A DNA stretch of 64,000 nucleotides, from the NCBI RefSeq assembly GCF_000372725.1, contig NW_005201249.1, positions 86,198 through 150,197 of the forward strand, written 5' to 3'. The notes under the pieces are model-generated. The model saw only the letters and a program-made list of their open reading frames with translations. It ran no database searches and was not told the origin of the DNA. A program made the translations under genes and the position numbers. This stretch comes from Emiliania huxleyi CCMP1516. Lineage: Eukaryota. This document shows, piece by piece, positions 24,153 to 36,208 of the stretch (within the stretch, counting starts at the first letter, position 1; every line of letters starts with the position of its first letter).

Positions 24153-26461
24153 TCACCTCCCCCTCCCCCCCCTCCCCACCAGCCGCGCGATTTGATCCTC
24201 GCTCGCCTCCCGCAGCAGCTTTGCAGGCGACAGGGGGCCGGGAGCGCCCTCACCCACTCTGCCCGCCTCCGGCCGCGCTGGCGAGCGAAGCTGCGTCGTG
24301 GCCTCCTCTCCGCCGCCCGTGGAGCGCGCAAAATGACTCAAGAGGGTCCCCTTCTTTTGTGCGGAGGCTGCCGGCGCAGCGGCCAGCGCGCGCTTCTGCC
24401 CGCCTCCGCCCGCATCGCTCATCGCCTCAGCCGTTGCCGGTGTCGGCTGCACCGCCGCCGTCAGCTGCGCCGCGGCCGCGCCGGAAATTGGCGCCTCCCG
24501 AAAGGCTGTGCGCCGCATCGCTAGGCGCTCGAGGTCGCCGGGCTTGATGCGCCGGCTGAGGACCGTCGTCGGGCGCGGCGTGGGCGCGCCTAGCGACGGA
24601 GGCAGGGTGCCGTGGGAGGAGGGCTCGGGCTCTGCGTGGGCGACTCTGGCGCGGGCGCGCCTCCGGGGCCGGGCTTGTCGCGCCAGCCGAGGCACCAGAG
24701 GAGGCCGCCGTACGAGGGCGGCGCGCCCCCATCGAGCGCGAAGCTGTCGTTGAGGTGGATGAGCAGCTCAAGCGCCAGCTGCAGCCGGGCGGCCGGCGGC
24801 GTGGCGCCCGCTGCTGCTGCCCCCCCTCCCGCTCCTGCCGGCTCGACTTCGCCAGCGGCAGCCTCCCACCAAGCCGGTACCGCCTTGCCCCACGCCATTC
24901 TGAGAGGGGCGCGAGGGGTGGGGACCTGTCAGCAATGGCCCAAAATGGCGCCGGCGCCAGAGCTCTCTCGCTCCGCGCGCACCGGACGTTATTGTGCAGC
25001 TCTCCGCTCAGCGCGAGGCAGCGCTGGCAATCATCCCAGTACGCGTCGCCCGTGCGACCACTCTCCAGCTCCGCCAAGCTTGGGCCCTCGCCGCCGCCGC
25101 CACAGCCCGCGAGCTGGTTGCGTCCCCAAGCTGGTACGGCGACGGCGGCGCGCGCATACCCCCCCGGGTGGCGGAGACACCAGACATACGGCGCCTCGCG
25201 CCAGCCGACGAACTCGTCCAGGAACTTGTCTGCCCGCGCGGAGGCGGCGTCGCGCGCCATGGTGGCCGGGTCGATCATGCCGCTGTTCACGTAGGCGGAC
25301 ATGCGGGAGGCGCCTGCCGGGAAGAGGGGTGGTGGACGGGTCATGGACACGCGTCCTGCCGCCGTCGACCCAACAGCCGCGTCGCAGGCCGCCTCTCCCC
25401 TCCGCGAGCGGGTTGTTGCGGTGTGAAGCGTAGCTCTTCAGACCACCCGACGCGACGAAGCGGCGCCAGCGGGCGGCGGCGGCGGTTGGCCCGCCGCGTG
25501 TGTGTCCCACTGGGCGTACCGTCGCGTCTCGCCGGCTCGGGAGCAGGAGCGCCTCCTCCACCGAGTGGGCCGGCCGCAAGTCGACGCTCCATGCCGGCGG
25601 CGGCGGCGGCGGTGAGGCCGGCGGCGGAGCGGCCGGAGGGTCCCAGTCGGCCCGCAGCCTTTCTGCGCGCTGCGCCGCCGTGGCAGCGACGAAGCCTCGG
25701 TTGCCTCCCCTCAGTGCCGCCTCGGCGACGAGCCTTGCCGGTACTGTGCAGTGGCAGTCGACCAGCCACACCGGGCAGCCTGTGGAGGCGACGCGCCTGC
25801 GAGGGGCGGCGGTGGTGGCGGCGGTGGGTCGTTGGTGAGTGAGGGCGGCGGTGGAGGCTGCGGCGGAGAGCGCCCGATCGCGTGTGCGTGCGGCTCGGGG
25901 CGGCGGTGGTGGCGGCGGTGGGTCGTTGGTGAGTGAGGGCGGCGGTGGAGGCTGCGGCGGAGAGCGCCCGATCGCGTGTGCGTGCGGCTCGACACCAAAG
26001 TGCTCCTCAGCAACGACGAGTGCGGCTCGTGCGGCCAAGCTCATCGCGACGGCGGCGCGGCAGCCGTCACGCACGAGGTGCACCCACAAGGCCGTGCCAC
26101 GCTTCTCGAAGGCCGGCTGCAGCTCGCTCAGCGCTTCAAGACGAAACGCGGCGGAGCGGTCGGTCGGAGGCCGCCGAAGCCGCGGCACGGCTGGCGGATG
26201 CGAGTCCTCGACGACAGCGACGCACACCAGCGGGATGCCCTGTGCCGAGGCTATGCGCAGCGCCACCTCTAGCGCCGGGTTCCTCTCGGCACGGAGGGCG
26301 GTGCGGACGAGGTAGAGGACGTGAGCTGGAGCCGTGGTTGCGATGCGCGTGCGCGGAGGAGGCGCGCACGGCTGCTGCTGTGCACTCGGCTCGCCGCGGA
26401 TGCGCTCACGCAGCGCAGACGGCAAGGAGTCGAGCGCAGCGGTGGGAGCAGGCTCGCTCAT
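24153..26461 (-). CDS. Class II CPD DNA photolyase-like protein (multi-exon)
   Basis: VLY..RTALRAERNPAL, YASHRNNP, SRMSAY, FLDEFVGWRE, TGDAYW, GELHNNVRMAWGK, LND.FALDG..PPSYGGLLWCLG..DKP. Confidence 0.85.
25802..25992. repeat. ~94-bp tandem duplication spanning an exon end and intron of the photolyase
   Basis: GGCGGCGGTGGTGGCGGCGGTGGGTCGTTGGTGAGTGAGGG..GTGCGTGCGGCTCG twice. Confidence 0.8.
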
Positions 26462-27287
26462 CGCTCGTGCTGCACTCGGGTGCTGATCGCCATGGCACGC
26501 TTCCCGGACTTTTCTGAAGCTATTCTTTTTTTGCTTCGGCGGAAAGCACGCCGGGGGGTAGGGTCGGTCTGGGCCCTCCCGTCGGGTTTTCCCCTCTCTC
26601 CACGCTGGAACTTTCACAGCAGAAAAAGAAATTTTCCGCGGAAATCACGATGTCGACCCTCCCCATGTGGGTGTCTGGTGCTTGTAGGGCTTGAGAGTGG
26701 CCTGTCATGTCTCAGGAAGGACTGTGGTCGCGGAGAGTACCACCACCCATCACTTTAGTTGGTATAGTACCCCACCTTCACCCATCCGTGATTTCTTTTT
26801 TAGTTCCCCATAAGTAAGGTAGGTAGGTAGGTAGGTAGGTAGGGGCACCGCAGGGGCCGGCCAGGTTTTTTCAGAATTTCAGCATGCTGTCCGCCCAAGC
26901 AAAAAAAGAATACACCTGTCAGGAGACGGAACACGGAGAAAGAAGCTGTATGGTCACTAGAGACCCACACACCATCGCTACATCACCACAGCCTCCACCA
27001 AGTCGGATACAAGTCGATGACAATGTGCGCGGCAGGACAAACCAAACATGAGACGGTTACACAAGGACGGTCAGGCTACGGTCAGGATGTAGGTTTGAGT
27101 TCACACTCTCCAACATTGAAACAAACTCTTCTCTCTCCAACATGACATGTCTCTTCAAAATTCTCTTTGTTGCACAACCAATGTTCCTTTTTTGTTGACG
27201 TACATGTACGATCTACCCATGACACACTCCAGAAAAAGGAGGGAAAACTTGTTGGACGTGTCACACACTATCACGCTCGGCACGCTA

Positions 27288-28535
27288 ATGCCCCCGGCTG
27301 CTATTCGCGGCGCGGCCGCCTGCACGCTCCACCACGACCGCACACACGGGAGGTGCGTCGCCGGCGTCACCTTTGGGTGCGAGCCCGGCCGTTCGGATGC
27401 GGCCCTCCGCCAACCGCCGCGCGTCTGGGTCGCGGGCGGGTGCCGCGGCTACTTCAATGCGACCGGTTCGCGTGAGCCGCCCTTTCGCTGCCCCTTCCGG
27501 AAGACTACCGGCGGCGGCCGGGTCTACTGTGGCCCAAACGATGAGGCAACGCTCGCGCTTGCCACCTCTCCGCCGCACGCCACCGGCGGGCTGTGCCGCA
27601 CCCTGCGGCCAAAGGCAGTCTATGACGGCTCTCCGTACAGCTCAGTGCCTGAGAACCTCACCTCGATACCGCACGAGAAAGAGGCGCTCGCGGCGGTGCT
27701 GGCGGCGGTGCAGTCGTGGTTTGCAAGGCTAGACAGCCTGATGGTAACCCTCGCTCCAAATTACACGTGAGTCGCACCCCGCCACAGCAGACAAGCCGCG
27801 CTTTCGCACAGCACCTCGCACACCTCCCTCGAAGGTTCGCCGCTGGATACATTCGGCCGTTGCAGCTGCGGCGAATGATCGCGCTCGCGCAGACAGCGGG
27901 CAGCGGGGCAACGTACTGCGAGATTGGCCTGAACGGAGGCCACTCGGCCGCCGCGATGCTCGTTGCAAACCCGCGGCTAGTCGTCCACGCATGCCGCCCG
28001 CTCGCACTTGGTCACCCTATGCCAGTGCGCCGACCACGCAACTTGAGAATAGGCGTTCGACCTTCTCGCGCTCCCCTACTCGCGCGCGGCCGTCGACACG
28101 CTGCGCCGCGCGTTTGGCCATCGCTTCGTCGTGCACGAGGGCGACTCGACTCGGCAAGTACCGGCGTGGCGGGCGCGGCTCGCCGCTGCAGCCGGAGGCG
28201 ACGTGGCCGCCGCGCGCGTGTGCGACGTCGTCTTCGTGGACGGCGACCACCGCTGGCGTGGCGCGATGCAGGACATCGAGCATACTAGTGCCGTCGCCGC
28301 GCCGGGGGCGGCTCTGGTCGTGGACGACATTGCTGTCGGGCCCGGGAGGGCCCTCAGTGCAACCACACGGCGCAACCTGACTCGTGTCGACGAGCTGTAC
28401 GGGCCGTTTAGCGCGGGCAGCAGCCACAATCCCTGCCGCGGCGCGCTCGCGCCGCGCGGCGTGCAGCAGCAGTGCAACCGCTGGGGCTTCGCCGTCGGGC
28501 GCTTCCAACAGGAGAGCAGCGGGGTGCTCAGGTGA
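27288..28535 (+). CDS. Class I SAM methyltransferase (Methyltransf_24-like) with N-terminal DUF3011-like module
   Basis: YCEIGLNGGHSA, VHEGDS, CDVVFVDGDH, LVVDD; N-terminal C..GVTFGC..VWVAGGCRGYF. Confidence 0.75.
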
Positions 28536-28662
28536 AGAGCACGTGAAGCCAGTGACTGACTAGCTGTATATAGTCGCGATCTGCCGGCGTGCGTATGAGC
28601 TCACTAGCTAGAGCTCACACTAGAGGCCGTCATCGCATTCGCCTTCCTGGTACCCAGCGCTG

Positions 28663-28903
28663 ACTTCTAACTGTCGTTGCTGTCTCTCCCTTCTCGACTG
28701 TCTGTGCTTGAGCGTCTTGGGTCCGGGGTTGTGTGTTTTCTGTGAAGCCAGTGAGCTCACATATGACATATTGGGGATGTGGAGCCAATCGTTTTTTCCC
28801 GGGCACTGGGCAGTACAGCTCACGGAAAAACACAACCCCGGACCCAAGACGCACAAGCACAGACAGTCGAGAAGGGAGAGCGACAGCAACGACAGTCAGA
28901 AGT
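28663..28903. mobile_element. Foldback/MITE-like element with ~80-bp inverted repeats
   Basis: 28663-28745 is nearly the reverse complement of 28818-28903; partial copy at ~45241-45265. Confidence 0.75.
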
Positions 28904-29105
28904 ACAGCTCACCGCCCCCCGCCCCCCCCCCTCCCCGCCTTTTCCCGCCCGCATAGACATTCTCTCGAGGTCTCGCGATAGCCACCCAAAATTAGGGACC
29001 CCCACACCGGTGCGTGGTCGAGACTTTTGTAAATAACCTCAGGCGGGCGCTTCTCTTTTTGAGCGGGCTCGCCAAATTCTCTTTTTGGACGACAAGAGGT
29101 TGCTG

Positions 29106-31253
29106 ATGCGGTGTCTCCGCCGGTGTTGCTGGCTGGCTCTGCTAAGCCACGCCACCGCGCAGGAGCTCTACGCGCGGCTGAACTTGACGCGGTCCGCAAG
29201 CGCCAAAGACATCAAGAAGGCATACTACCGTGCGGCCTTGCAAACGCACCCGGACAAGGTTGACGAGGTGGAGAAGGAGGCGGCGACCGCTCGCTTCAAG
29301 GCAATTTCCGAGGCGTACGAGGTGCTCGGCGACGACAACCTTCGGCGTGTGTACGACGCGTCGGGTAGCGTCCCAGACGGCAAGGCGCGCAACGCCCGAC
29401 AGCGGGGCAGCGGTGACGACGGCTTTGGGTACGAGCAGCAGCAGCAGCAGCAGCGGCGGCGGCAGCAGCAGCACTACCGCAGACCATCTCGGCGCTCCTA
29501 CGAGCAGTTCGAGGTGAACCTGGCGCAGCAGCGGATGGTGCGGCTCCACTCCCTCGACCAGCTGCGCGACGCGCTCCGGCCGGGCAGCAGCGGCGCGCGC
29601 TACGGGCTGATTGGGTTCGTCGGCAAGTCCTCCAGCCAAGGCGCGCCGCTCCCGCTCTCCCACTCTCCCCACCGCCGCCTCGCACCGAGACGCACATGCC
29701 GACGCGACGGCCTTCCCTCCAGGCGAGCACCTCCTCCGCGAGCGGCTCCGCTTCCCGTACCCGTTTGCCGGCTGGTCCAACCCTCGGCACGGAGACGGCT
29801 TTTGGTGGGAGGAGACTGCGGACCTCGATGGTGGGAGAGGACCCGCGAGGACGCGAGATTGCCCGGGAGAGTAGGTGGGAGGACGTGCTGCAGACCTTCA
29901 TCGTTGGGGGCTCGGACGGCGGCGTCGCGCGCGCGCTCGGCGTGGAGACTGACGGGCCGGCGGTCGCTTGGGTGCGCATCCGGCGCGGCGACGGCGAGGA
30001 GGGGAGCGGCGAGGGCTACCCGAGCGCGGCCGAGCTGGATGTGGAGCGGTTCGAGAGCGACGACGGCTTTGTGAGCTGGGCCTACCACAAGCTGGCCGTC
30101 GAGTTTGAGATCGTGAACGAGGACCACAGGCCGCTGCGCTGCTGGTGGATCAACGGCCGGTCCGCGAGCAAGATGGGGGAGGTGCTTCCGGGAGAGTCGT
30201 GGCGGCGCGTCCCTCCCCTCGCGCGAGAGGCTCCTGCTCCGCGCCTGCACACACACTCGCCTGTGGGCGCAGGCACAGCTCCTTCCTCTCCCACGAGTGG
30301 TTCTGCTGGCCAAACGCGACCGCAGGCCACATCTTGGGCAAGGGCGCGGCGCTGGCGCACTTCACGCTCGACGACGTCGAAGCGCTCCGGCCGGGCTCCC
30401 CGCCGCAGCGGGTGGTGGTCAAGCCAAAGTGCGTCGACTCGAACGGCAGCCGCGTCGCGCTGCGCGGCATGGCAGGGGCGGGGCGAGCGATGCTCTGCTC
30501 TCACCGTTGATAGGCAACTGCGACTCGTGGGCGCGCAACGGGCAGTGCAGCCGCAACCGCGGCTTCATGGATGAGGGGTGCATGCGGGCTTGCGGCGGCT
30601 GCGAGGCGTGGGCGTGGGCGTACGAGGCTGGCCTCGGAGCGCTGCACGGCGTGCTGCAGCAGAGGGGCATCCGGTCGCTCGCCGAGCTGAAGGGGCTCTC
30701 GGGCCAGCAGCTCGAGGCGCTGCGGAGGGACGCGGCCGCAGCCGCGCCCGCCGCGGCGAAGCAGCTCGACAAGCTCTCCGACAAGCTGACGCGGCGGAGG
30801 CGCGTCGCGGCGCTGGCGCAGAGCGGGCATGCGGGGCAGGGCGCGTGCGCGGACAAGCGGCCGGAGTGCGAGTCGTGGGCGGAGAGAGGGGAGTGCGACA
30901 CCAACTCCGGCTTCATGAGCCTCAACTGCGCGCGCGCGTGCGGGGTGTGCCGCGAGGAGGAGCCCAAAGCCGCGGATGAGGGCGGCGGCGGGGAGGGGTC
31001 GGAGCACTGCGGAGAGTGGGCCGCGGCGGGAGAGTGCGAGCGCAACCCGAGCTGGATGAGGGAGCATTGCGCGGCCTCGTGCGGCGACTGCGGCGAGGGG
31101 GGAGGAGGGCAGACGTCGGAGCACTGCGCGAGGTGGGCCGCCACGGGGGAGTGCGAGCGGAACCCGGGCTGGATGAGGGAGAATTGCGCCGCGTCGTGCG
31201 GCATCGGCTGCGCCGCAAGCAGGAAGCCCGGCGGGGCCAAGGATGAGCTCTGA
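29106..31253 (+). CDS. Secretory DnaJ-domain protein with ShK domains and C-terminal KDEL
   Basis: Signal peptide; IKKAYYRAALQTHPDK J-domain; four ShKT motifs (C..WA..GEC..N...M...C...C); ends AKDEL. Confidence 0.85.
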
Positions 31254-31435
31254 CCACGAGAGCGAGAGAGTGAGATGTGCGTGCTGCCAGTGTGCAGTGA
31301 GTGACCTGTGTGTGTGCTACTTGTGTGACCATGCGCTATTTATTAGCTTGGACTTCCTCTCCTGTCTACTCCGCGGGGCCGGCGGGCCGCGGCCCCGCGC
31401 GCGTCGGGGCCCGTCAGGGGCGGGGGGAACCCGCA

Positions 31436-31732
31436 ATTTGAGATGCTGAGGCATCTGAAATTGCCCGATAGCCGATACGATCTCCATTCTAATTTCGATT
31501 GCCTCGAGCATCCCAAGATACATGAAGCAATTCAGGATGCGCGCGCATCCTGAATTGCTTCGCGCATCCTGAATTGCTTCATGCATCTTGGGATGCCTGA
31601 GGCAACCAAAGATGTCCACTACATCCCTGGCTGAATGAGCCATACATCCTGAGATGCTGGCCGGAGGGCGCTGCATCTCAGGATGGCTGAATTGGCGTCG
31701 CCATCCCTGAGATGTGGCAAGCATTTTCAAAT
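31436..31732. repeat. Palindromic element with ~45-bp-arm hairpin (31499-31605)
   Basis: TTGCCTC.AGCATCCCAAGAT.CATGAAGCAATTCAGGATGCGCG pairs with CGCGCATCCTGAATTGCTTCATG.ATCTTGGGATGC.TGAGGCAA. Confidence 0.75.
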
Positions 31733-31884
31733 GGATATTTTAACCTCAGATAAATAAGACAATCCAGAATGCGCGCGATGTGCGACGAGGCCTAAATAGT
31801 CCGCAGCGCCCCCAATGGTGCGCCGCATGGAGGGCGAGCTCTCCCTCTCCCTCTCCCTCTCCCTCTCCCTCTCCCTCTCACTCT

Positions 31885-32232
31885 TAGGGTTGCCTAAGTA
31901 ACGTTAAGAGCTGAACAGTGTCAACAGTGGGCCCCCCCAACAACAGTAGCTAACGTTAGGCCGACTGAACAACAGTAAGGAAGGCCTGGCAGTAACCCAC
32001 GACGATCTCTAGTGTCCAGTGCGGGTAATACCCGAAAATACCCGGAAAATTCCAGGTATTTTCGGGTTTTACCCGGGTTTTTTGCCATTTTCTGCTTGCT
32101 GGCCGCTGAACAACAGTAACAACAGTAACAAACAGTAACAGCATGGGCTGGGGTGAACACTTGAACAACGTTGAGGATTTCAGCCAACACTAGCGCAACT
32201 GTTAGGCCCAAAGTTAACGTTAGGCAACCCTA
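31885..32232. mobile_element. 348-bp MITE with TAGGGTTGCCTAA terminal inverted repeats (hAT-like ends)
   Basis: Perfect 13-bp TIR; imperfect TCACTCT duplication on both flanks; internal AACAGT repeats; sits within a CT-rich tract. Confidence 0.7.
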
Positions 32233-32234
32233 CG

Positions 32235-32560
32235 TCACTCTCCCTCTTACGCTCCCTCCCTCTCACTCTCTCTATTCTCACTCTCCCTCTTTCTCTCCCT
32301 CTTACTCTCCCTCTCCCTCTCTCTCTTACTCTCCCTCTCCCTCTCCCTCTTCTCTCTCTTCCTCTTCCTCTCCTCTCCCTCTCCCTCCTCTGCTCTCTCT
32401 CCTCTCCCTCTCCCTCTCCCTCTCCCTCTTACTCTCTCTCCTCTCCCTCTCCCTCTCCCCCTATCACTCTCCCTATCCTCCCCCTCTCTCCTCTCCCTCG
32501 TACTCTCTCTCCTCTCTCTCTCTCACTCTCACTCTCCCTCTCCCTCTCCCTCTCCCTCTC
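32235..32560. repeat. Polypyrimidine (CTCTCC)n-like tract, continuous with 31840-31884
   Basis: Seen directly. Confidence 0.85.
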
Positions 32561-33397
32561 CACCTCGGCTACGACGTGCGCCGGCGCCGCCGCGGCTACT
32601 TTGTGTACATCCACCGGAGCTTGGGCGCATCACTTCGAGCAACGACGTCTACTTCGACGAGCGCTCCTTCACGCTGCTCGGCGGTGTGATGTCCAACGTC
32701 AAGCTCCGTGGCGGCATCCGCACCCAGAACATCACCCCGCCTGCGCCACCTCCGACGACGCCAGCCCTTCCCGGCACGGCGCCGCCCGTCGTCGTCGATG
32801 CCTTCGTCCCCGCCGACGCCAACGCCATCGAGCTCGCTCGACGCTGCGAAGGGCGTGGGAGCTCAGCAACTTCGTCATCGGCGCGTCTGCCGACACCTCT
32901 GCCGCTGTCCACTACCGTTCTGGGGGAGGTGCTGGAGGTCAGTGCTCAGATCGGACCCGTCCCAATCCCGAGGAGTGCCGAGGAGGCCGTCAAACATCCC
33001 CTAGGCCCAGTGAGGTAGTGCATCTGACCACTCCGGATCCTGCTGAACAAGCTCCTCTTGTAGCTCGATCGGTCACACCGCCATCGCCGTCGGGGAGAGG
33101 GGGGACGACACTGCTTCGGCAGCGTGCACCTCGATCCTGTACCGTGTTTGTTATGACCCCCCCCAATGAACACACCAGTGAGGGTGGGCGAGACGATCGA
33201 GGGGTCCCGTACCATGCGGAACCGACCCTATCCAGTGCTCAAGTGCTCAAGAAACAAGCCCGTACCATGCGGAATCGACCCTATCCGGTGCTCAAGTGCT
33301 CAAGAAACAAGCTTCACACACAGCTAACTCGTACCTTCGTACGATCAGACATCAGTGTACGTGTGAGACAGACGCTGACCAGTGTGGAGTGTGTGTC

Positions 33398-33657
33398 CCC
33401 CGGCCGCGGCGCGGTGCGGCGGCGTCACAAATCCGACCACAAAGCGCCGGGACGCGGTCGGGCGATCTGAGGTCCAACTAGGCGTATGTATTGTCCATCC
33501 AGGGCTATCACCTGGCAAAAGGCGCCTGCGGCGCCGTGGTCACGACAGTTGTTCACAGCCTTGTTATTGAGAAGAAAATACCTCCTATGGCGCTGTGCGC
33601 TGGCCTGTGAGAGGTTGAGGTGCGAGCCCTGGAGGCCCTGGGGATGGGGGGGGACTA
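33398..33657 (+). repeat. Two dispersed repeat blocks: 33398-33530 matches 44331-44452; 33549-33650 matches 55658-55757
   Basis: Direct comparison (CCCGGCCGCGGCGCGGTGCGGCGGCGTCACAAATCCGAC; TGTTCACAGCCTTGTTATTGAGAAGAAAATAC). Confidence 0.8.
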
Positions 33658-33820
33658 CCCGCGGGCTTAGAAGGCCCGCGCGCAGGGGGGTGGGGCATTG
33701 AGACCGGTCATGAATGAGTGCGCGACACGCATGTTGCGAGCAGCGTTGTTGATGTTTTGCGCATCGCCACTTCACACCTGCGTAACCGCCTCCAATCCCA
33801 CCCAGCACCTCGTGACTAGG

Positions 33821-34940
33821 GGAGGGCGCCTGGGTCTAAATTTAGTGCGTGTGAATGAACTTTAGTGATAGTTTAGTGCGCTATTTAGTGCGTGTTCGAG
33901 TGCGTATTTAGTGCGTCTTTAGCGCGAATTTAGCACAAATTTAGCACATATTTAGCACATATTTAGCACATATTTAGCACATATTTAGCACATATTTAGC
34001 ACATATTTAGTGTGTTTTATCTCCAATTTAGCGCCACATTTAGTTCACTTTAGGTGCGGGCAGCTGCAGTACATTTAGTGTGGGTCCCGCATCTTTAGTG
34101 CGGCACGCATCTTTAGCACGGCTTCCCAGCCACACCACAGCTAGCCAGGGCCGCGTGCTTTGCTCCTTGGCTGCCAAGAATGCACCACAGGAGATGCCTG
34201 GCCCCTGCCCTCATGACCCAAAGGCAGGCTCCCAGACCCAGTGAGGCTAGATATGCAGCCCTCCAGAGCAAGATCTCCCGACTGACACCGGCACATAACC
34301 GATTCCCGAGAGGAGGACCAGCACAGTTGAATGCGCCACCGCAAGCACCACCTCCGACCGCACAACCCATGCTGTGCCCGTGACCACCAGCTGTAATAGA
34401 GTAGAGGTGAGGGTCGGTCTTGGAATTTCAAAGCCAATGTTGAACCAAAGGATGAAGGATCCAGACCACGAGGACAGAAACGGCCAAATGGCAATGATCC
34501 ATGTAGTCACCGCAAGCAGCTTTACATACGCGTGTACTCGTAGCATGTTGGATCCAGCCCCAGCCATGCACCCGGAAAGCACCCCCTTGAGGTTGATATT
34601 CATTCAGCTGAAGAACCTTCTTCGTTCGGTTGGTTGGGGATGGGACGGGGAACTTTTGCGAGTGGGCAGGGAACTGCAGGGGGAGAGGGGGAGGGAGGCC
34701 CAGCGAGGGTCTGCGGCTGGATCCTACTGCGCGGCTGGACTAAAGACGCACTAAACCTCGCTAAATCTGGATGTAAAGTCGCAGTGAACTCGCGCTAAAT
34801 TTGCGCTAAATTTGCGCTAAAGTTGCGCTAAATTTGCGCTAAAGTTGCGCTAAAGTTGCGCTAAATTTGCGCTAAAGTGCGCTAAAGATGCAGTAGATAA
34901 ACACTTCACACCGCACTAAATTTAGACTCAGGCGCCCTCC
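33821..34940. mobile_element. 1.1-kb non-autonomous DNA transposon with 29-bp TIRs and subterminal repeats
   Basis: GGAGGGCGCCTG(G/A)GTCTAAATTTAGTGCG at both ends, inverted; TTTAGCAC arrays left, GCGCTAAA arrays right; flanks ACTAGG/ACTGGG. Confidence 0.85.
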
Positions 34941-34952
34941 ACTGGGTGTGTC

Positions 34953-36208
34953 ATGCTGCTCTACAGAAGAGCCGGCCTCGCGGCCGTGGTGTCGCTGGCC
35001 GGCGCCTCCGCAGTTGGCGGGCTTCGCAGCGGGCCGCCGTCGATGGCGGCGGCCCCTCCCGCTCCCGTGGCTGTTGTCACCGGAGGCAGCCGTGGCATCG
35101 GTGCCGCCTGCTGCCGCCAGCTCGCGGCGCGTGGATACGGCGTGGTCGTCGCGTACCGCTCGGACGACGCGTCCGCTGCGAGTGTCAGCGAGGAGATTGC
35201 GGCCTGCGGCGGGCGGGCCGTCACCGTCCGTGCTGACGTCTCGCGCGAGGAGGACGTCGTGCGTCTCTTTGAGGTTCCTGCTGCACGGCCGCTTCTCTCT
35301 CCCTGCCGCCTCTCACTCGCCGCTGTCCTCGCTCACCCCACCGCCGACACCGGCCTCACCGCCGCCCCCACGTCCTACACGCAGGTGGCCGACACCGCGT
35401 TCGGCCCGTCCTCGCGGCTGGCCGTGCTGGTGAACAACGCGGGCGTCTTGGGCCCCGCCGGCAGCCTGCAGGAGGTCGCCACCGCCGATCAGCTGCGCGC
35501 GGTCTGCGACACGAACGTCGTCGGCCCGCTCCTCTGCTGCCGCGAGGCCGAGCGGCGGATGTCGACCAAGCACGGCGGGCAGGGAGGCAGCATCGTGCAG
35601 GTCTCGTCCGGCTCGGCCTACATCGGCTCGCCCCTGCTCTACGCGGCCAGCAAGGGCGCGCTCAACTCGCTGACCATCGGCCTGGTCCGCGCCAGCGCTC
35701 TCACCGCCAGCGCTCTCACCGCCAGCGCTCTCGCCGCCGCCTTGACAGCCCTCACCGCCCAGCCGCCGCCCTCATCGCCTCCGCTGCCCCCCCCCCCCCC
35801 CCACCCACCCACCCACCCACCCCCCTCCTCTGCGCCCGGCGCAGGTCCGCCCGCTCGCCGAGGGCGGCGTGCGGATCAACACGGTCTCTCCCGGCATGAC
35901 CGACACCGACCTGGTGGCTGACGCGGCGCAAACCTTTGACTTCTCGCAGGAGCGCGGGCGAGAGAGGGTGTTAGCCGCGCGTAGGTCGCCGACGTAGTGC
36001 GTGATGAAGTGGCGCCGCGCCGCTCACACCCTCCCTGCCCCCACCCCCTCTTCCCCTCGCCTCTGCGCAGATCCCGCTCGGCCGAATGGGCACGCCCGAC
36101 GAGATCGCGAGCGTCGTCTGCTGGCTCGCCTCCGAAGACGCGGCCTACGTCGCAGGCGCAAACGTGCGAGCGGCGGGCGGGCGGCCGCCCGGCACGACCC
36201 TCGGCTGA
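34953..36208 (+). CDS. Short-chain dehydrogenase/reductase (multi-exon)
   Basis: VTGGSRGIG, ADVS, LVNNAG, VSSGS, YAASK, RINTVSPGMTDT, IPLGRMGTPDEIA. Confidence 0.9.

Noticed and set aside
34113..34754. Transposase remnant inside the TIR element
   Set aside because: No recognisable motifs in any frame.
35950..36070. GA-AG intron in the SDR gene
   Set aside because: An in-frame GT donor 18 nt downstream also fits, so it cannot be decided without transcripts.
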